DNA from: Paraspadella gotoi
Lineage: Eukaryota; Animalia; Chaetognatha
DNA length: 64,000 nucleotides
NCBI GenBank assembly: GCA_051294375.1
Contig: CM119269.1
Coordinates: 2,704,504-2,768,503 of the forward strand
Reading direction: 5' to 3'
Of the stretch, positions 1 to 13,847 are shown piece by piece (within the stretch, counting starts at the first letter, position 1; each line of letters opens with the position of its first letter). The position numbers were made by a program, and so were the translations under genes. Below the pieces are notes generated by a model. That model searched no databases. It worked only from the letters and a program-made list of their open reading frames with translations, and was not told the DNA's origin.

Positions 1-307
1 ATAAAAGAAATCCGAGTGAAAGAAAAAAAGAAACATAAAAAGATTTGAAAAAGAAAGAAAAAGATAAAAAAAAGGTGAGAACTCGTGGAAAACAACAGAA
101 AAAGAAAGGAAGTTGAGGCGGGGAAAAAAAGGGGAAAAAAGGTAAAAAAATGGAGAACAAAGGCAAAAAGTAAATTCGAAAAAGGCACGGAGGAGACAAC
201 GGAAGAGAGAGAGGGGAATGAGGAAAATATAAAAGAAATTATAAAGAAAAGGAAGGGGAAAATAAAAGATAGGAAAAATGAAAGGAAAGGAGGAAATAAA
301 AAAAAAA

Positions 308-665
308 CAAGATCGGTCCATCCAATGTGTTTCGCCGACTTTATTTTCACGTGTATTTCCCTGGGATTATATGACTACATGATATTACATGACTACATGA
401 CCACAATAAATTTCTTAGCCTGTGACACGAACTGCATCGGAATCCCGTCTTTTATTCTTTATATTTTTTAGATTTCCTGAAGGCGGCGCTAGTAGTCACT
501 TAAATTTGAGGATTTTTCCCTTCTTAACAAATGGGCACCTAACTATAGGCGAGTTATGAGCATTTTACCACTAGTGGGACAGACCGACCGACTAAAAGAC
601 CGACAGACCGACCGAAAAGTGACTTATAGAGTTGCTCCGCGAGTACTCGCGGCGAAATTAAAAAG
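308..665 (+). mobile_element. Non-autonomous interspersed repeat, HINE/DINE-1-like (Helentron-associated) architecture
   Basis: About 350 bp recurring at ~19180, ~26700 (rc), ~32895 (rc) and ~46597. Begins ACAAGATC/ACAAAATC and has a (GACC/GACA)n tetranucleotide tract. Ends in the hairpin CCGCGAG-TA-CTCGCGG followed by an A-run, in A/T-rich sites. No ORF. The family label is inferred from structure. Confidence 0.7.
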
Positions 666-667
666 GA

Positions 668-789
<122 letters not shown>

Positions 790-2389
790 ACGTTCGCCAT
801 TGAAATCGCGTTAGACTTCCGGGGTCGGGATACGACGCCGAAGTTTGTCGGGTCAACCGAAACGCGGGAAAAGCAATTTTACTGCTTCTGTCGAGGTGAA
901 TGTCACGTGACTCGAGGTGAAAAATGACGAGGAAAACGGAAGACTGGGATTTTCGAAAGGAGGAAGAGGGGGGAGAGGGAAGGGGGGAAAAGTGAAACAG
1001 GTTTGACTTTGAGAAAAAAAGGAAAAACGAAAACAACTAAAGAAATTAAATATATACAACTAAGTAATGTATTAAAATTGAAAGTTTAGGTAGAAAGCAT
1101 GAAAGAAAATAAATTAAGTATCAAAAAGAAACAGAGAAAATGGGAAAATAATTTTTAAAGATAACTTTAAAAAAAAAAAACTTGATTGCAACAAAGACGG
1201 AAAAAAAGAGAGTTTTAAAAAATGTCCTCTTTTGTTATAAAGGAAGATCGAAGGAAAGGATTTTAAAATAATAGAAAGAAAAAAAGAGATAGAAAGAAAG
1301 CAAGAATATGAAAGGAAAGAGTCTGAGAGACGAAGGGCGCTTTGGTAGATCGAGGAATAGAAAAAGGTTCGACGCTGAAACTGATAAATGACGTCAAACG
1401 TCGGACGTCGAGATGAAACTTCCGGTTCCAGAGTCTTTTTTTTTTAGACTTTTGACCGACCTAAGAGGCGTGGAAAACTCAGCGCGTCGGGATGGAACAT
1501 GGTGCCGTCTTTTAACCGAACGGCGTCCATCTTTATAACCCCCTTTGTCAGTGGGAACAAATTTGTGTCATGAGTATTCTTGCGAAGAGGCGGCCACTGG
1601 AAGTGAAGCTGAAAGCTGTGGGCAGACAATTTGGTTTTATGTCATGTCTATATTTTGAAAAGTGAGTTAAATTAAGAATCAACCATAAAGCGTCCGTCCG
1701 AACTTCGTGTTAGTCTTCTTTATTCTTTGGCGGATAATGATCGAGGAGGGTTTCCGTCTGATATATAACTCTAATTTTGTCGGGATAACACGCTGTCAGG
1801 GATGGAAAACCACCATGGCGGAAGTTCTGAAACCAGCGCCATCGTAAATCCCAACTAAAAGTGGCGTCCAAAATGGCACCAAGGTGGAAGGAAAAGGATA
1901 AAGAGAGTTTAGAGAAAAAATTTTAAAAAGTACAATGACATTGTGAATTACATTTAAGACGCGTCATTCTTCCATGGAGACGAAACCCGACGTCACTGTG
2001 GCGGAAATCGATAACGTCGGAATGGAATAACGCTGGGGGGGGACAAACCGGCGCCGTCGGGGATGAGATTCGGCGCCGTTGGGAATGAAGCCGGCGCCAT
2101 CGGAGCAGACCATTCATTTTGACGAATGACGTCCGTCGCGTCNNNNNNNNNNNNNNNNNNNNNNNNNGCGACTTTAACCCTTCTCTGCGTACCGGATCGA
2201 ATCCCGTCATATCAATTTTGGAGGGGGGTGGCGTCATGGTGTGGCGGGGCGACAGGGGTGCGGAGGGGAAAAGCGGGAAAAGCTATGATCCGAGTTGGAA
2301 AGAAGAAGGATTTGGTTTTCGAATTGACTGGGGTGGGGTTGGATTTAAGAGCGGCCTCAATTCGGGCATTAAAAGGGAAGCGAAGAAGG

Positions 2390-4670
2390 GTCAAACCAGT
2401 GAGTGAAATGAGGGATTGAAAAAGAATTCGACATTTCATATGAAGAGAGAGAGATAAAGTGGGTGCAACTATTAGGAGAAGCCAAAAAAAGGGAGTCGGA
2501 TCTTTGTTTTTTTAAGTCTGGCCTAAAAGAGTTTCAGATTACAGAATCTTGCTCAAAAAAAAGTTTAATAGTTATAAAAGTATTTTATTTCGTTATTTTG
2601 AAGGAAAAATAATAGTCTTTAGAACTCAGTTAGGTTAATACATTGTCGGACCACTTATTTGCTTCCAGCACCGTTTCCATGCAGATAAGGGAGAGAGTCA
2701 TAGAGGCTGGGCAAATATTAAGAGTCAGCTCCCCCTAACTTGTGTGTTTAAATTTTCTCATTTATCGACTGTTATTGCGTTCTACTGCAAAATATTCTTT
2801 TCATCAACACTTGACTAGACATTTTCGTGATTTGCAGGCTAACCGTATGAGCACCTCCATCCCGTGTTTTCTCATGAAATTTGTTGGAAGGGGCGTTGGC
2901 TTGTATCCAGGAGCTCTATTCCTCTATGAAAAGCCGCCCATTCACTATTAAATATTACTGGCAACAGATTCTTACTTCTCTCCAAAGTTTAAACTTTTTT
3001 TTGAGCAAATCTTTATGTATTTAGGAGCAAGAGTTTAAACTGCGCTTGAATTAGTGATAAAAGTGTAAGGTGCTGTTCATACACGGACCACTACGCACGG
3101 CACCGACCACTGATATAAGAGAAAAGGCGACTAAGAAACAAAGGGCTTAATGAAGGAACTGGTAACTTTGGCTATGGCCTAAGAAAATCGCCTTTTTTAC
3201 ATCAAAGAAGTTTGAGTTAAGAAAGACCAGAACAAATTTCCCCCCAGTACTAAAAAAAAAATTGCTTGTGTAAATGGTCTTCCCTCTTTATTATTTTCTT
3301 GACTTTACGCATTAATACACTTTTGCTCCAAACAAGGAGAAACGCGGTTTCGAATGGAACAACTCAAGAGACATTGACTTTGAACTTGTATCGAAAGTGT
3401 TTTTCAGATGTCGAGAGAAGAAGCGACGCAGGCTGCACAAACCTGAACTCAGCGCATCGAATCTTCATTTCTCCGACTTCTAACGATTGAGAGGACAAAT
3501 CAATGAGCAAAAAAAAAAAAAAGATCACGACTAACTACGACGACGCGGTCGTCCCTGACGACGGACGACGACGACCGAACGCGACGACGACGCGACCGAC
3601 GAACCGGACGACGACGAGCGACGACGACGACGACGACATAGAAGAACGATTATAGTGACAAAATCGATTCTTAGCAGCAGAAAAAAGAAGGACCAGCCTC
3701 TACGTGGATAGACCCGAGGGGAAAAAAATGTGCGTCTTTGCAATGTAAGAATCTTCATTCACGAGCTCCTGCTTGATGACGTTTTTTTCTCCGTCTTTTA
3801 TATTTTCTTGACGAAAGTTAGATTCATTTTTGACTTAAATTTTTAGATACATCAAAATATTTTTGTTATTTAAACACGTGAACAGTGAAATGTTACCTAA
3901 ATTGAACTACGTAAACAATTTTAAAATACGATAAAAGTTACTTAGTACTTGAAAAACAGATGAATTCGTAAACTTTTGTTGTCTCCTTGCGTTGTTCAAG
4001 GACTCGCATGTTCTCTTTATAAAAAAAGTTTCTCGTCTTTCCTTTGCTTGGCTATATTTTAAAAATAAAATGGACAACATCTGTTTTCCTCGGCTCTCGG
4101 TTAATAACATAATGAGAAAAAGTAAAACTACCAATTAAGACTCACCTTCAACCTCGTGCCGTAAATTCTATTGCTTGACATCCAATTCGTTATCGGACAA
4201 AAGATCAGTTTAACCCTCGGGTCACTAGAACGATCCAGGGTCCGTGAGCTCTTCCGATTTTCACCAATTCTAAGAATGACGTGAAACAGAATTGGGTCAC
4301 GTAAGGATAAGTGTGATTGCCGAATTAACTTACGCTGTTGGACAAAGAATTGTTGAGGTGTGTGACGAAGAAAGAACAATTGGTTTTCTCATCCAAGAAC
4401 CTTCCGGCCTCGTTTATCTAGCATTCTTGATTGCGAAAGAAGCAGTCTCTCTCCTCTCTCCTCCTCTCTCCTCTCTCTCTCTCTCTACTCTCTCTCTCTC
4501 TCCTCTCGTCTCTTCTTTCTCTCTCTTCTCTTCGCGCAGTTCACAGCCTCAGATGTATGCGCGGGTAACGAAGATTGTCCTGGAAAACTTAGATTGCTGT
4601 CACTTGCGTCAGATGTTAAGCGACGGGTTTTTTATACTCTTATATTTCACTGTTGTCGTTTTCTTTCTCT

Positions 4671-4752
<82 letters not shown>

Positions 4753-7700
4753 TCTTCTCCCTCCCTCTCCCTTTCCCATCCCCATCAGAACTTAATGACG
4801 ACGAGCGCGACGCCGGATCCGCGTCTTCTTTTCGCGGCGCGCCAGTTTTCGGTTTCTCTCACCCGAAACGCTCGCTTCCCCTCCCTCCCTCCTCCTGTTT
4901 CCATCTCTTGGTCCAAGTTTCCGTTCCTCGATCTGGCTCGTCAATTGCTCTTCTGCGTCGTCGTCCTACCGCTCTCGCTGCGCCCCACCCGGCGCTCCCT
5001 CCCGCTCTTCCTCCTCACCCATCCCGCCCTGCCGACCCGCCGCCCCGGAAGCTTCGGACCAACCTGGATGTGGCGTTGAGGAAGCCTTAAATTTCCGGGA
5101 TTCCGGGTTTGCTTGGCGTCGCAAGACGGACATTGGCGGCGGGTCCTGGTTTCAATCCCAGCCTGACCGTGACCGGTCGCGTCGCGGTCTAGAACGCCTC
5201 TCATCGACAGTAGTCGCAGGCCAGGAGGGGGTAAGAACGGTGGTAAGCGCGCAAGGCAGGAGGTAGAAGTGATACGGAGGTAGTACGCCGCGGACGATAA
5301 CAAGGAATAGGAGAAGTACGAAGGAAAGCAAAGAATATTGTGAGAGGAAGCAAGGAAGCGAGCGATGGCAGACAGCCATTAAGCTAAGAAAGCTCTACTT
5401 TTTTCCACGCAGACAGAGAAATAAATCCAATTAACCTGTCCGACGTTTTTGCCTTTCTTACTCCCCCCCAGACGTGTACTGGCGTGCCCGGATCTCCCTT
5501 TCCTCCCCCCGCACCTTACCCCACTACCCAGCGCTGCGCTGGTGCTTGCTCGCAGATTCCTTCTCCCAAACTCACCCTTCTCTCCTTTTTCCAACGACGA
5601 CGGCCGCCACGAGTTCCGTGACCCCCGGGGCCGGGCTTTTTTCCTCGGAACGCCACGGCGAAGTCGCGACGCCGGCGGAGACGCCTCTTCGGCGCCGCCC
5701 TCCACCCGGCAGTCGTCGGACCGACGCCGCTCGACGGAGAGCGTCTCGAGCATTCTCGGCCTCTCCGGACTGTTCATCTCCGCGCGTCGGCGGCGGACCG
5801 GCGCTGCGCTCTAGCCGCCGTTCCGCTTTCGAAAGCCGGCCCGTCTGATCCGGCGTCGTCTGCGACGCCGATGGGAAGACGCAGTTGAGATGCGTCGACG
5901 AACGCCTTGGGACGCCATATTGGGACCGAAGAGCGCGACGGCGACGATGATGGCGCTTAGCACATCCTCTCCGTACTCGACTTTGCCGCGAATGCCGCAT
6001 TTTCCGCAGCAGTTGCGCAGCAATCGTGGCCAACGGCAGCAACAACAACAGCAGCCAGCCGAGCACCAGCAGCAGCAGAAGACAGCTGGAGACGCTGGGT
6101 TTTTCGAGACGTCGCGGTATGCTGTGAGTGGTGCGGAGAAAAGAAATCCCATAAATAAACAAGATCGAAAGAATGTTTGGTGAATAGTATAGACTGATGT
6201 GATATGATATTGTGTGGTGTGGTATAGTGTGCGGTGGCTCTTCGGATGTCCTGTGTGAGTCGTGTGTGGCGGAGGGGGATTGGGGGAGTGGAGGAGAGTT
6301 TGGGGTCATCGATGATCACGATTGGGGGTGGTGTGGAGTGCGTGGTAGTGTGCAAGAGAGAGGAGAGGACACTGTAGAGCTTGAGGCGGTGTTTGGGTTG
6401 CTGATATGGTAGGAAGTGGTGGAGGGAGCTGGCCGTATGAGAGTGTGAGAGAGAGGTATGGTGTTTCAGGGCAGGGGTTGGTGAGGTATGGGGGGTGAGT
6501 GAGGTCAGATTGTAAAAATCATGAAGGAAGTGAAGATTAGAATTAAACCAAATGGGGGTGGGTAATAGATTGACTAGTGGTTTAGTGGTGATCTTGTGTA
6601 TCGGATGTATGAGGTTGGAAACGAATTGGTTGTGGGAGGAAATAGACTGGTAGGAGTGAATTAAGACGAAGGCCAACTGGAGAGTTGCGCGCGTGCAAGG
6701 CGAGAGCTGGCGGTTATTCCGTGTCCCTTCTCCAGAGCGGAGCGTGCTTTCGCGTCGGGCTGCGGGGGCCGCGAGACTTACCGCGTGCGGAGGATTGCGG
6801 TGCGAGGCGTCGCTCGAGCGACGACGAATCTCTCGTCTTGTTGGTCAAACCAGGAGTGAAATGAGGGATTGAAAAGAATTCGACATTTCATATGGAGAGA
6901 GAGAGATAAAGTGGGTCAACTATTAGAGAAGCCACAAAAAGAGTCGGATCTTTTTTTTTTTAAGTCTGGCCTAAAAGAGTTTCAGATTACAAATCTGCTC
7001 AAAAAAAAGTTTAATAGTTATAAAAGTATTTTATTTCGTTATTTGAAGGAAAATAATAGTCTTTAGAACTCAGTTAGTTAATACATTGTCGGACCACTAT
7101 TTGCTTCCAGCACCGTTTCCATGAGATAAGGGAGAGAGTCATAGAGGCTGGGCAAATATTAAGAGTTCAGCTCCCCCTAATGTGTTTTAAAATTTTCTTC
7201 ATTTTATCGACTGTTATTGCGTTCTACTGCAAAATATTCTTTTTCATCCTTGACTAGACATTTTCGATGATGTTGCAGGCTAACCTATGAGCACCTCCAT
7301 CCCGTTTTCTCATGAAATTTGTTGGAGGGGCGTTGGCTTTGTATCCAGGAGCTCTATCCTCTATGAAAAGCCGCCCATTCACTATTAAATTACTGGCAAC
7401 AATTCTTCTTCTCTCCAAAGTTTAAACTTTTTTTTGAGCAAATCTGTATTTAGGAGAAGAGTTTAACTGCGCGGAACTTAGTGATAAAGAGTGAATGGGC
7501 GTCATACACGGACAAGGTCGAGACGACTGTATATAAGAGAAAAGCGACTAAGAAACAAAGGGCTTAATGAGTAACTGGTAACTTGGTATGGCCTAGGAAA
7601 ATCGCCTTTTTACATCAAGGAATTTGAAGTTAAGAAAGACAAACAAATTTCCCCCCAACTAAAAAAAAATTCTTGTGAAATGTCTTCCCCTTTTTTTTTC

Positions 7701-7940
7701 TGACTTTACGATTAAACATTTTGCTCCAAATAAGGAGAAGCGGTTTCGAAGGAACAACTCGAAGAGACATTGACTTTGACTTTGATCGAAAGGTTTTTCG
7801 ATGTCGAGAGAAGAAGCGACGCAGCTGCTACAAACGAACTCAGCGCATCGAATCTTCATTTCTCCGACTCTTAACGATTGAGGACAAATCAATGAGGCAA
7901 AAAAAAAAAAAGATCACGACTACTACGACGACGGGGTCCC

Positions 7941-8001
<61 letters not shown>

Positions 8002-8753
8002 ATAGAAGACGATTATAGTGACAAATCGATCTTAGCAGCAGAAAAAAGTAGACACTCTCTACGGTGGAAGACCCGAGGGAAAAAAATGTGCTTTGCATTA
8101 AAATCTTTCATTCACGGCTCCTGCTTTGACGTTTTTTCTCCGTCTTTTTATTTTCTTGACGAGTTAATTCATTTTTACGTTAAATTTTTTAATAATCAAA
8201 ATATTTCTGTATTTAAACAGTGAACAGTGAAATTTACCTAAATTGAATCTACGTAAACAATTTTAAAATACGTAAAAGTACTTAGTACTTGGATAACAGA
8301 TGAATTCTAACTTTGTTGTCTCCTTCGTTTCAAGGACTCCATTTCTCTTTATAAAAAGTTTCTCGTCTTCCTTTCTTGCATATTTTTTAAAAATAAATGA
8401 GACAACATCTGTTTCCTCTCTGCTCGTGTAATACATAATGAGATAAAAGTAAAACTTACCAATTAAGACTCACCTTCAAACCTCGTGCGTAAATTACTAT
8501 TGCTTGACATCAATCGTTATCGGACAAAGACGTTACTCCTCGGTCACTAGAACGATTCCAGGGTCCGTGAGCTCTTACGATTTCACCATTCTAAGAATGA
8601 CGTGAAACAGAATTGGGTCACGTAAGGATAAGTGTGATTCCGAATTAACTTACGCTGTGACAAGAATTGTTGAGTGTGTGACGAAGAAAGAACAATTGGG
8701 TTTTTCTCATCCAAACCTCCGCCTCGTTTATCTAGCATCTGATGCGAAAGAAG

Positions 8754-8787
<34 letters not shown>

Positions 8788-10790
8788 TCGCTCGCATCAT
8801 CAAGCCTCAGAATGTTGCGGTACCGAAGAGGCCCTTCGAAACTTAGCGTCACTATGCGTAATTTAACGCCGGTTTTTTATCTCTTAATTATCAACTGTGT
8901 GTTTCTTCTTTCTCTCGTCTCTCTCTCTCTCTCTCTCTCCTCTCTCTTCTCCCTCTCTCTCTCTCTCTCCCTCCTCTTCCCTCTCTTCTCTCTCCCTCCT
9001 CCCTCTCCCTTCCCATCCCCATCAGAACTAATGACACGAGCGCGACGCCGGATTCCTCTTCATCTTTTCGCGCGCCGCCAGTTCCGTTTCTCTCCCCAAC
9101 GCCTCGCCTCCTCCTCCTTCCCCTTCCTCTTCCCAATCTCTCGCAATTCCCTCCCCCGTCTCGTCTCCACCGCCCGCTCGCCGCCACCCGCCTCCTCCCG
9201 CTCTTCCTCCTCACCCATTCCCGCCCTCCGCCGCCGCCGCCGACGCTTCGGACAACCTGATGGCGTTGGACCTAAATTCCGGATCCGGGTTTCTGCGTCG
9301 CAAACGACATCCGGGTCCATGGTTCGAATCCCACCTGACCGTGACGTCGTCGCGGTCTAGAACGCCTCTCATTCCGACCGGAGGTAAGTCGGGCAGGCGC
9401 GGGGGGAGGAGGTGAGTAAACGAGGTAGGTTAACGCCGGACGATACAAGGAAAATAGGGGAAAGTCGGCGGAGGAAAAAGAAACAAAGAAATATTTGAGA
9501 GAAGCAAGGAAGCGAGCGAGCAAGCAATTAAGCTAAGAAAGCTCTACTTTTTCCACGCAGCAGAGAAATAATCCAATTAACCTTCCGACTTTTTCCTTTC
9601 TTACCTCCCCCCCAACTTACCGTCCCATCTCCCTTTCCTCCCCCCCACTTACCCACTTACCCACCTCCTTCTTCCTCCAGATTCCTTCTCCCCAAACTCA
9701 CCCTTCTCTCCTTTTTCCAACGACGACGCCGCCACGAGTTCCGACGCCGCTTCCTCGGACGCCACGCGAGTCGCGACGCCGTCGGAGACGCTCTTCGGCG
9801 CCGCCCCTCCACCCGGCATCGTCGGACCGACGCCGCTCGACGGGAGAGCGTCTTCGACGATTCTCGGCCTCCCGGACGTCATCTGCGGCGTCGGCGGCGG
9901 ACCGGCGCTGCTGCTGCCGCCGTCCGCTTTCGAAGCCGGCGTCGATCCGGCGTCGTCTGCGACGCCGATGGGAAGGACGCAGTTGCAGATGGCGTCGACG
10001 GACGCCTTGGACGCCATATTGGACGAAGAGCGCGAGGCGACGATGATGCTGCTTCAGCGACACCTTCCTTACTCGACTTTGCCGCGAATGCCGCATTTTC
10101 CGCAGCAGTTGGCGCAGCACGTGGCCCAACAGCAGCAACAACAACAGCACCAGCAGCACCAGCAGCAGCAGAAGACAGCGGAGGACGCTGGGTTTTTGAG
10201 ACGTCGCGATCAGGTGCGAGAAAGGAAATCCCATAAATAAAAAAGACTCGCAGATGTTTGGAAAGAAACGGGGAGTGATATATATTTTTTTCTTATTTCG
10301 ATTTTCGATCCTTTTGACTTGGCGAGGGATTGGGATGAGGGGAGGATTTGTCAGTCATGATCACGATTGGGGGGGGGTGATCTTAGGGTGCGGAAGAGAA
10401 AATACACTGTAACTTGACTTTTTTTTATATTAGATTAGACTGGCCTATGAATTAGAAGTATTTTTCACATTTAGTATGGTAGTAGTCATTTAAAAATCAT
10501 GGAAAATTAAATTAAATTAAACCAAATGTTATATTGACTATTTTATTATCTTTTATCGTAATGTTATTATTAAACAATTTTTAAAATTAATGTCGTGAAC
10601 GTAGATGATATTAAACGAACCAACTGGGAGATTCCGGTCAACGAACTGACCTTGACTTCGCTTCCCTCTCCAGACGGAGCTCTTCGCGTCGTCTTCCGCC
10701 GAACCTTACCCCCTGCGAGGATTCCTGCAGCGTCCCTCCGACGACGACGACGACGACCACGATTCACCCAATTCTATCCTCACCGCTGGA
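2390..10790 (+). repeat. Tandem direct duplication, ~2390-6840 vs ~6843-10790
   Basis: Both copies start GGTCAAACCAG..GAGTGAAATGAGGGATTGAAAAGAATTCG and stay collinear. They differ mainly by scattered 1-bp indels. 6120-6840 is a G-inflated degraded version of 10200-10790. Confidence 0.9.
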
Positions 10791-13009
10791 AATTCAGGTT
10801 CGATTTATAATCGGATTTCGACCAAGGTCGATTTTTTTTTTGCGCCGAAATCGCGAGACGACGCCGATATTCGTCGTCGTCGTCGTCGTCGTCGGCCTCA
10901 TTGTCGTCATGGTTTCCAACCATTGTATGAATATGATAGTATTCGTCATCATCATCATTAACGTCATCATCATTGTAAATAACTTCATCAAAATAAGTTT
11001 TTAAAATAATTGAGTTGTACGTCGTTGTCATCATCAGCGATGTTGAAAAAAAAAAACCTTTAAATTGCGATTATTGCAATTAATTATCGCAATCTTGCAG
11101 AGCAAATTCGAAATTGATTTTCCGATCGATCTTACTCGTTGATATCGCATTTCAAAGTTAAAAATTGTTAAAAGCGATGCAGATTTACCTTGTTGTTTCT
11201 AAATCTCACGGTTTATTTGCGTAGATTTCATTTTTGATTGAAAGAGGAACCGGCGAATCGCATTTACCGCGGTGCAACAGTTGTGGTCGAATTTCGAAGG
11301 TGAATAATTACTTTCCGTCTCAGAAATTATTGACGAAAGCTCCAAGCACCCGATTAATTCATCTCAAACTATTTGGCGGAAGATAAATGAAGATCCTTTT
11401 TCTCGATCTCTTTCTTTGCTATTCGGTCTTTTAATTAAGACGTCGTCCGCGATGGCGTTTCTAGGCCACTCGCTCCACATCCTAAGATCTTCATTTCCGC
11501 CCCCCCCCCCCCCCGCCGGCTCTGCCCTTTGCCCAAGCTGCCCGAGGACGATCTCGGGGTCGCGGGTTCGATTCCAGCGACTTCCTTCTTCGGGTCGGCA
11601 GCGATCAGTGACCCTCAGAAGGGGCGGGGGAGAATTTGGAATATTAACGGCGATTAAGCTAGAACTTCAGAGATACCAGTTTATTTTATGTTAAAAATAT
11701 TTATTTTTTTTATTCATTTAAAAGAGAAATCTCTAAAAAAAACCAAAAAAAACTATTTAATCAAAATTGCCACATATTTTTTTACATGAAGCAAATTTTT
11801 TCGGTACAAACTTTTTGTTATGCCCATTGGGATGGGTCATCTCACTGTTGGCTTTGGAGGCTTTCTACCCTTAGTGACTCCTCCTGTCACTGGCGCGGTT
11901 ACCCTAGGACGGTCTCGCTTTGCCAATGCAGATGGAAGTCGTTAGTGTCTGTGGAATGTGTGGAAGCATCGCAACGCTTGGGATGGTGTGTTCCCCCTCT
12001 GAGCCAAGGGAAGGGTGGATGGTGAATGTATCTCCACAAGGGGTTTTTTCTTTGGCCATGATTAATTTTCTTTGATCTTCCCCACTGATGCGAATCTTCG
12101 CGACCCAAAATCCGTTCGGGGTTAATGAGGATCGAATTTAAATTCTAATGCGATTCTTTCTCGATTGGCAAATTTAGTTGATGAGAATTACCCTGTATTA
12201 AGAGCCGATAGTCGTCGGCATTCTCTTCGTTGGCACTGTAACGGAAGATCATCGTCGTCTTCTTAGCGAAAAGTTCAGTTTAAAATTGGTACAACTATTA
12301 TGTAAATTATCCATTAATTCGTTAGCGTCTCTTTTCAGTTTTTATACACATCAATTTATTTTATTTTTTTCAATTTTTTTCAGACAACTTATCTTCGTTC
12401 CCGGATCAAACATTTTCCGCCTCCGCCGCCGCCGCCGCCGCCGCCTCCGCTGCCTCCGCTGCCGCCGAATCTAACGCCTCCATTGTTCCCACTCCCAGCG
12501 AATATCTCCCTCCGCTGCCGCACCTCCAGCATTTGCAGCATCTTCAAATTTTGCAGCATCATAACCTCCATTTCGGTCCGGACCTGCAGCTCCAAGACGA
12601 GCAGCGTCAGAGCTTAATGGGTCAGCCGTCTCCTGCACTGCATCAGATGACGCTGGCGACGCCGCAGCACGGGCTGCAGCACGTGGGACCGATCACTCAT
12701 CAGCACGGACTTGACGAAATGTCAGTCCAACAGCAAACTCTGCAGCAAATGGCGCCGCCGCAATTTTTCTCAACAGAACTGGAAGCGACGTCGACGACGC
12801 CGCTGCTGATGGCGTCGCCTTCGACGTTACGGCGTCCCCCAACATCAGCGGCGTCGGCAGCGGCAGCAATGGACAGCGCCGCCTCGCAGCACCACAGAAG
12901 AATTTTGACCAACGAACAATTATTCATCCACGGAAACGACGGCGACGACGACGACGGCGACGACGATCTTAATAGAGTCATGGTCAGTCAAAGAAGCACC
13001 AGGTTATGA
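9026..13009 (+). CDS. 3' exons of an unidentified Gln/Pro/Ser-rich low-complexity protein gene (partial; noisy duplicate at ~4790-6840)
   Basis: GC-rich blocks bounded by AG/GT at ~9026-9382, 9681-10213 (open frame DSFSPNSPFSPFSND...QQQQQHQQHQQQQKTAEDAGFLRRRDQ|gt), ~10605-10797 (DDIKRTNWEIPVNEL...) and ~12530-13009 (HLQHLQILQHH...STRL*). No recognisable domain. Confidence 0.45.
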
Positions 13010-13794
13010 TCAACTATCCTATTATCGTGAAAATAAAAAATAAATGCTTATTATCCGTAACCGTAGCAACGGCTAGAGATTTGGGTTCCGTTTTGCTTGG
13101 AAATTCGATGGTAAACCTTTCTTTCTTTCTTTTTTCTTGTTTACAATGGGCTGGGAAGTCGAAGTATTATTTCTATCTGTTACTTCATTTGGCCAAGACA
13201 AAAATAAAACAAAAATAGTCTTCGTATTTTTTCCTTTACTGAAATACTGTTACATTTTCGAGTTCACCACCGGTCCACCACCCAAGTGTTAAACGTTTTG
13301 AAATTCTTCGTTTATAATGAGACTTGTTTTGTGCTAAAGTTTTTTTTTCGAAATGATTAGCTCAGCATTTAAAGTAAATTGAACGGGTTTAACAGTTGCA
13401 GTTGCTCCTAATAATTGTAACCGTTACGTTAAAAGGATCATTTCCGTTTCACAAATGAATACTTTTTTAAAGATGTCCTTTAAGCGCTATCTTGATCATA
13501 AAATTTGTTCTTCGTCAAATCTTTACTAGTTAAATATGTTTTTTAATGACCATATGTTTTGATAATTAAACAAATTCTCGGATGAAAATTCCTTGATTTC
13601 CCCATAAAAAAAAAATTATTCGGAATGACACGAAAAGCAATTTATTCTCCTTCCAGCAAATGTATTTTCTCGATGTTTCTCTCTTACCGTGTTTCCAAAT
13701 ACAGTTTGAACGTTTATTTAACTTTTCTCGATTATTATGGATTGTGGAATAAAATAATTAGTTCAATTTGTGAGACAAAAAGTTAAAAAAAGTT

Positions 13795-13847
<53 letters not shown>

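Noticed and set aside
2655-2705. Minus-strand YDSLPYLHGNG resembles a PLOD glycosyltransferase motif
   Set aside because: The frame differs between the two copies and there is no further supporting similarity.
5957-6676. 239-aa His/Ser/Pro-rich ORF on the minus strand
   Set aside because: It arises from a G-inflated, error-rich copy of 10200-10640 and is absent from the cleaner copy.
10605-10660. NWEIPVNEL resembles the WEIP motif preceding tyrosine kinase domains
   Set aside because: No glycine-rich loop, VAVK, HRD or DFG motifs follow.
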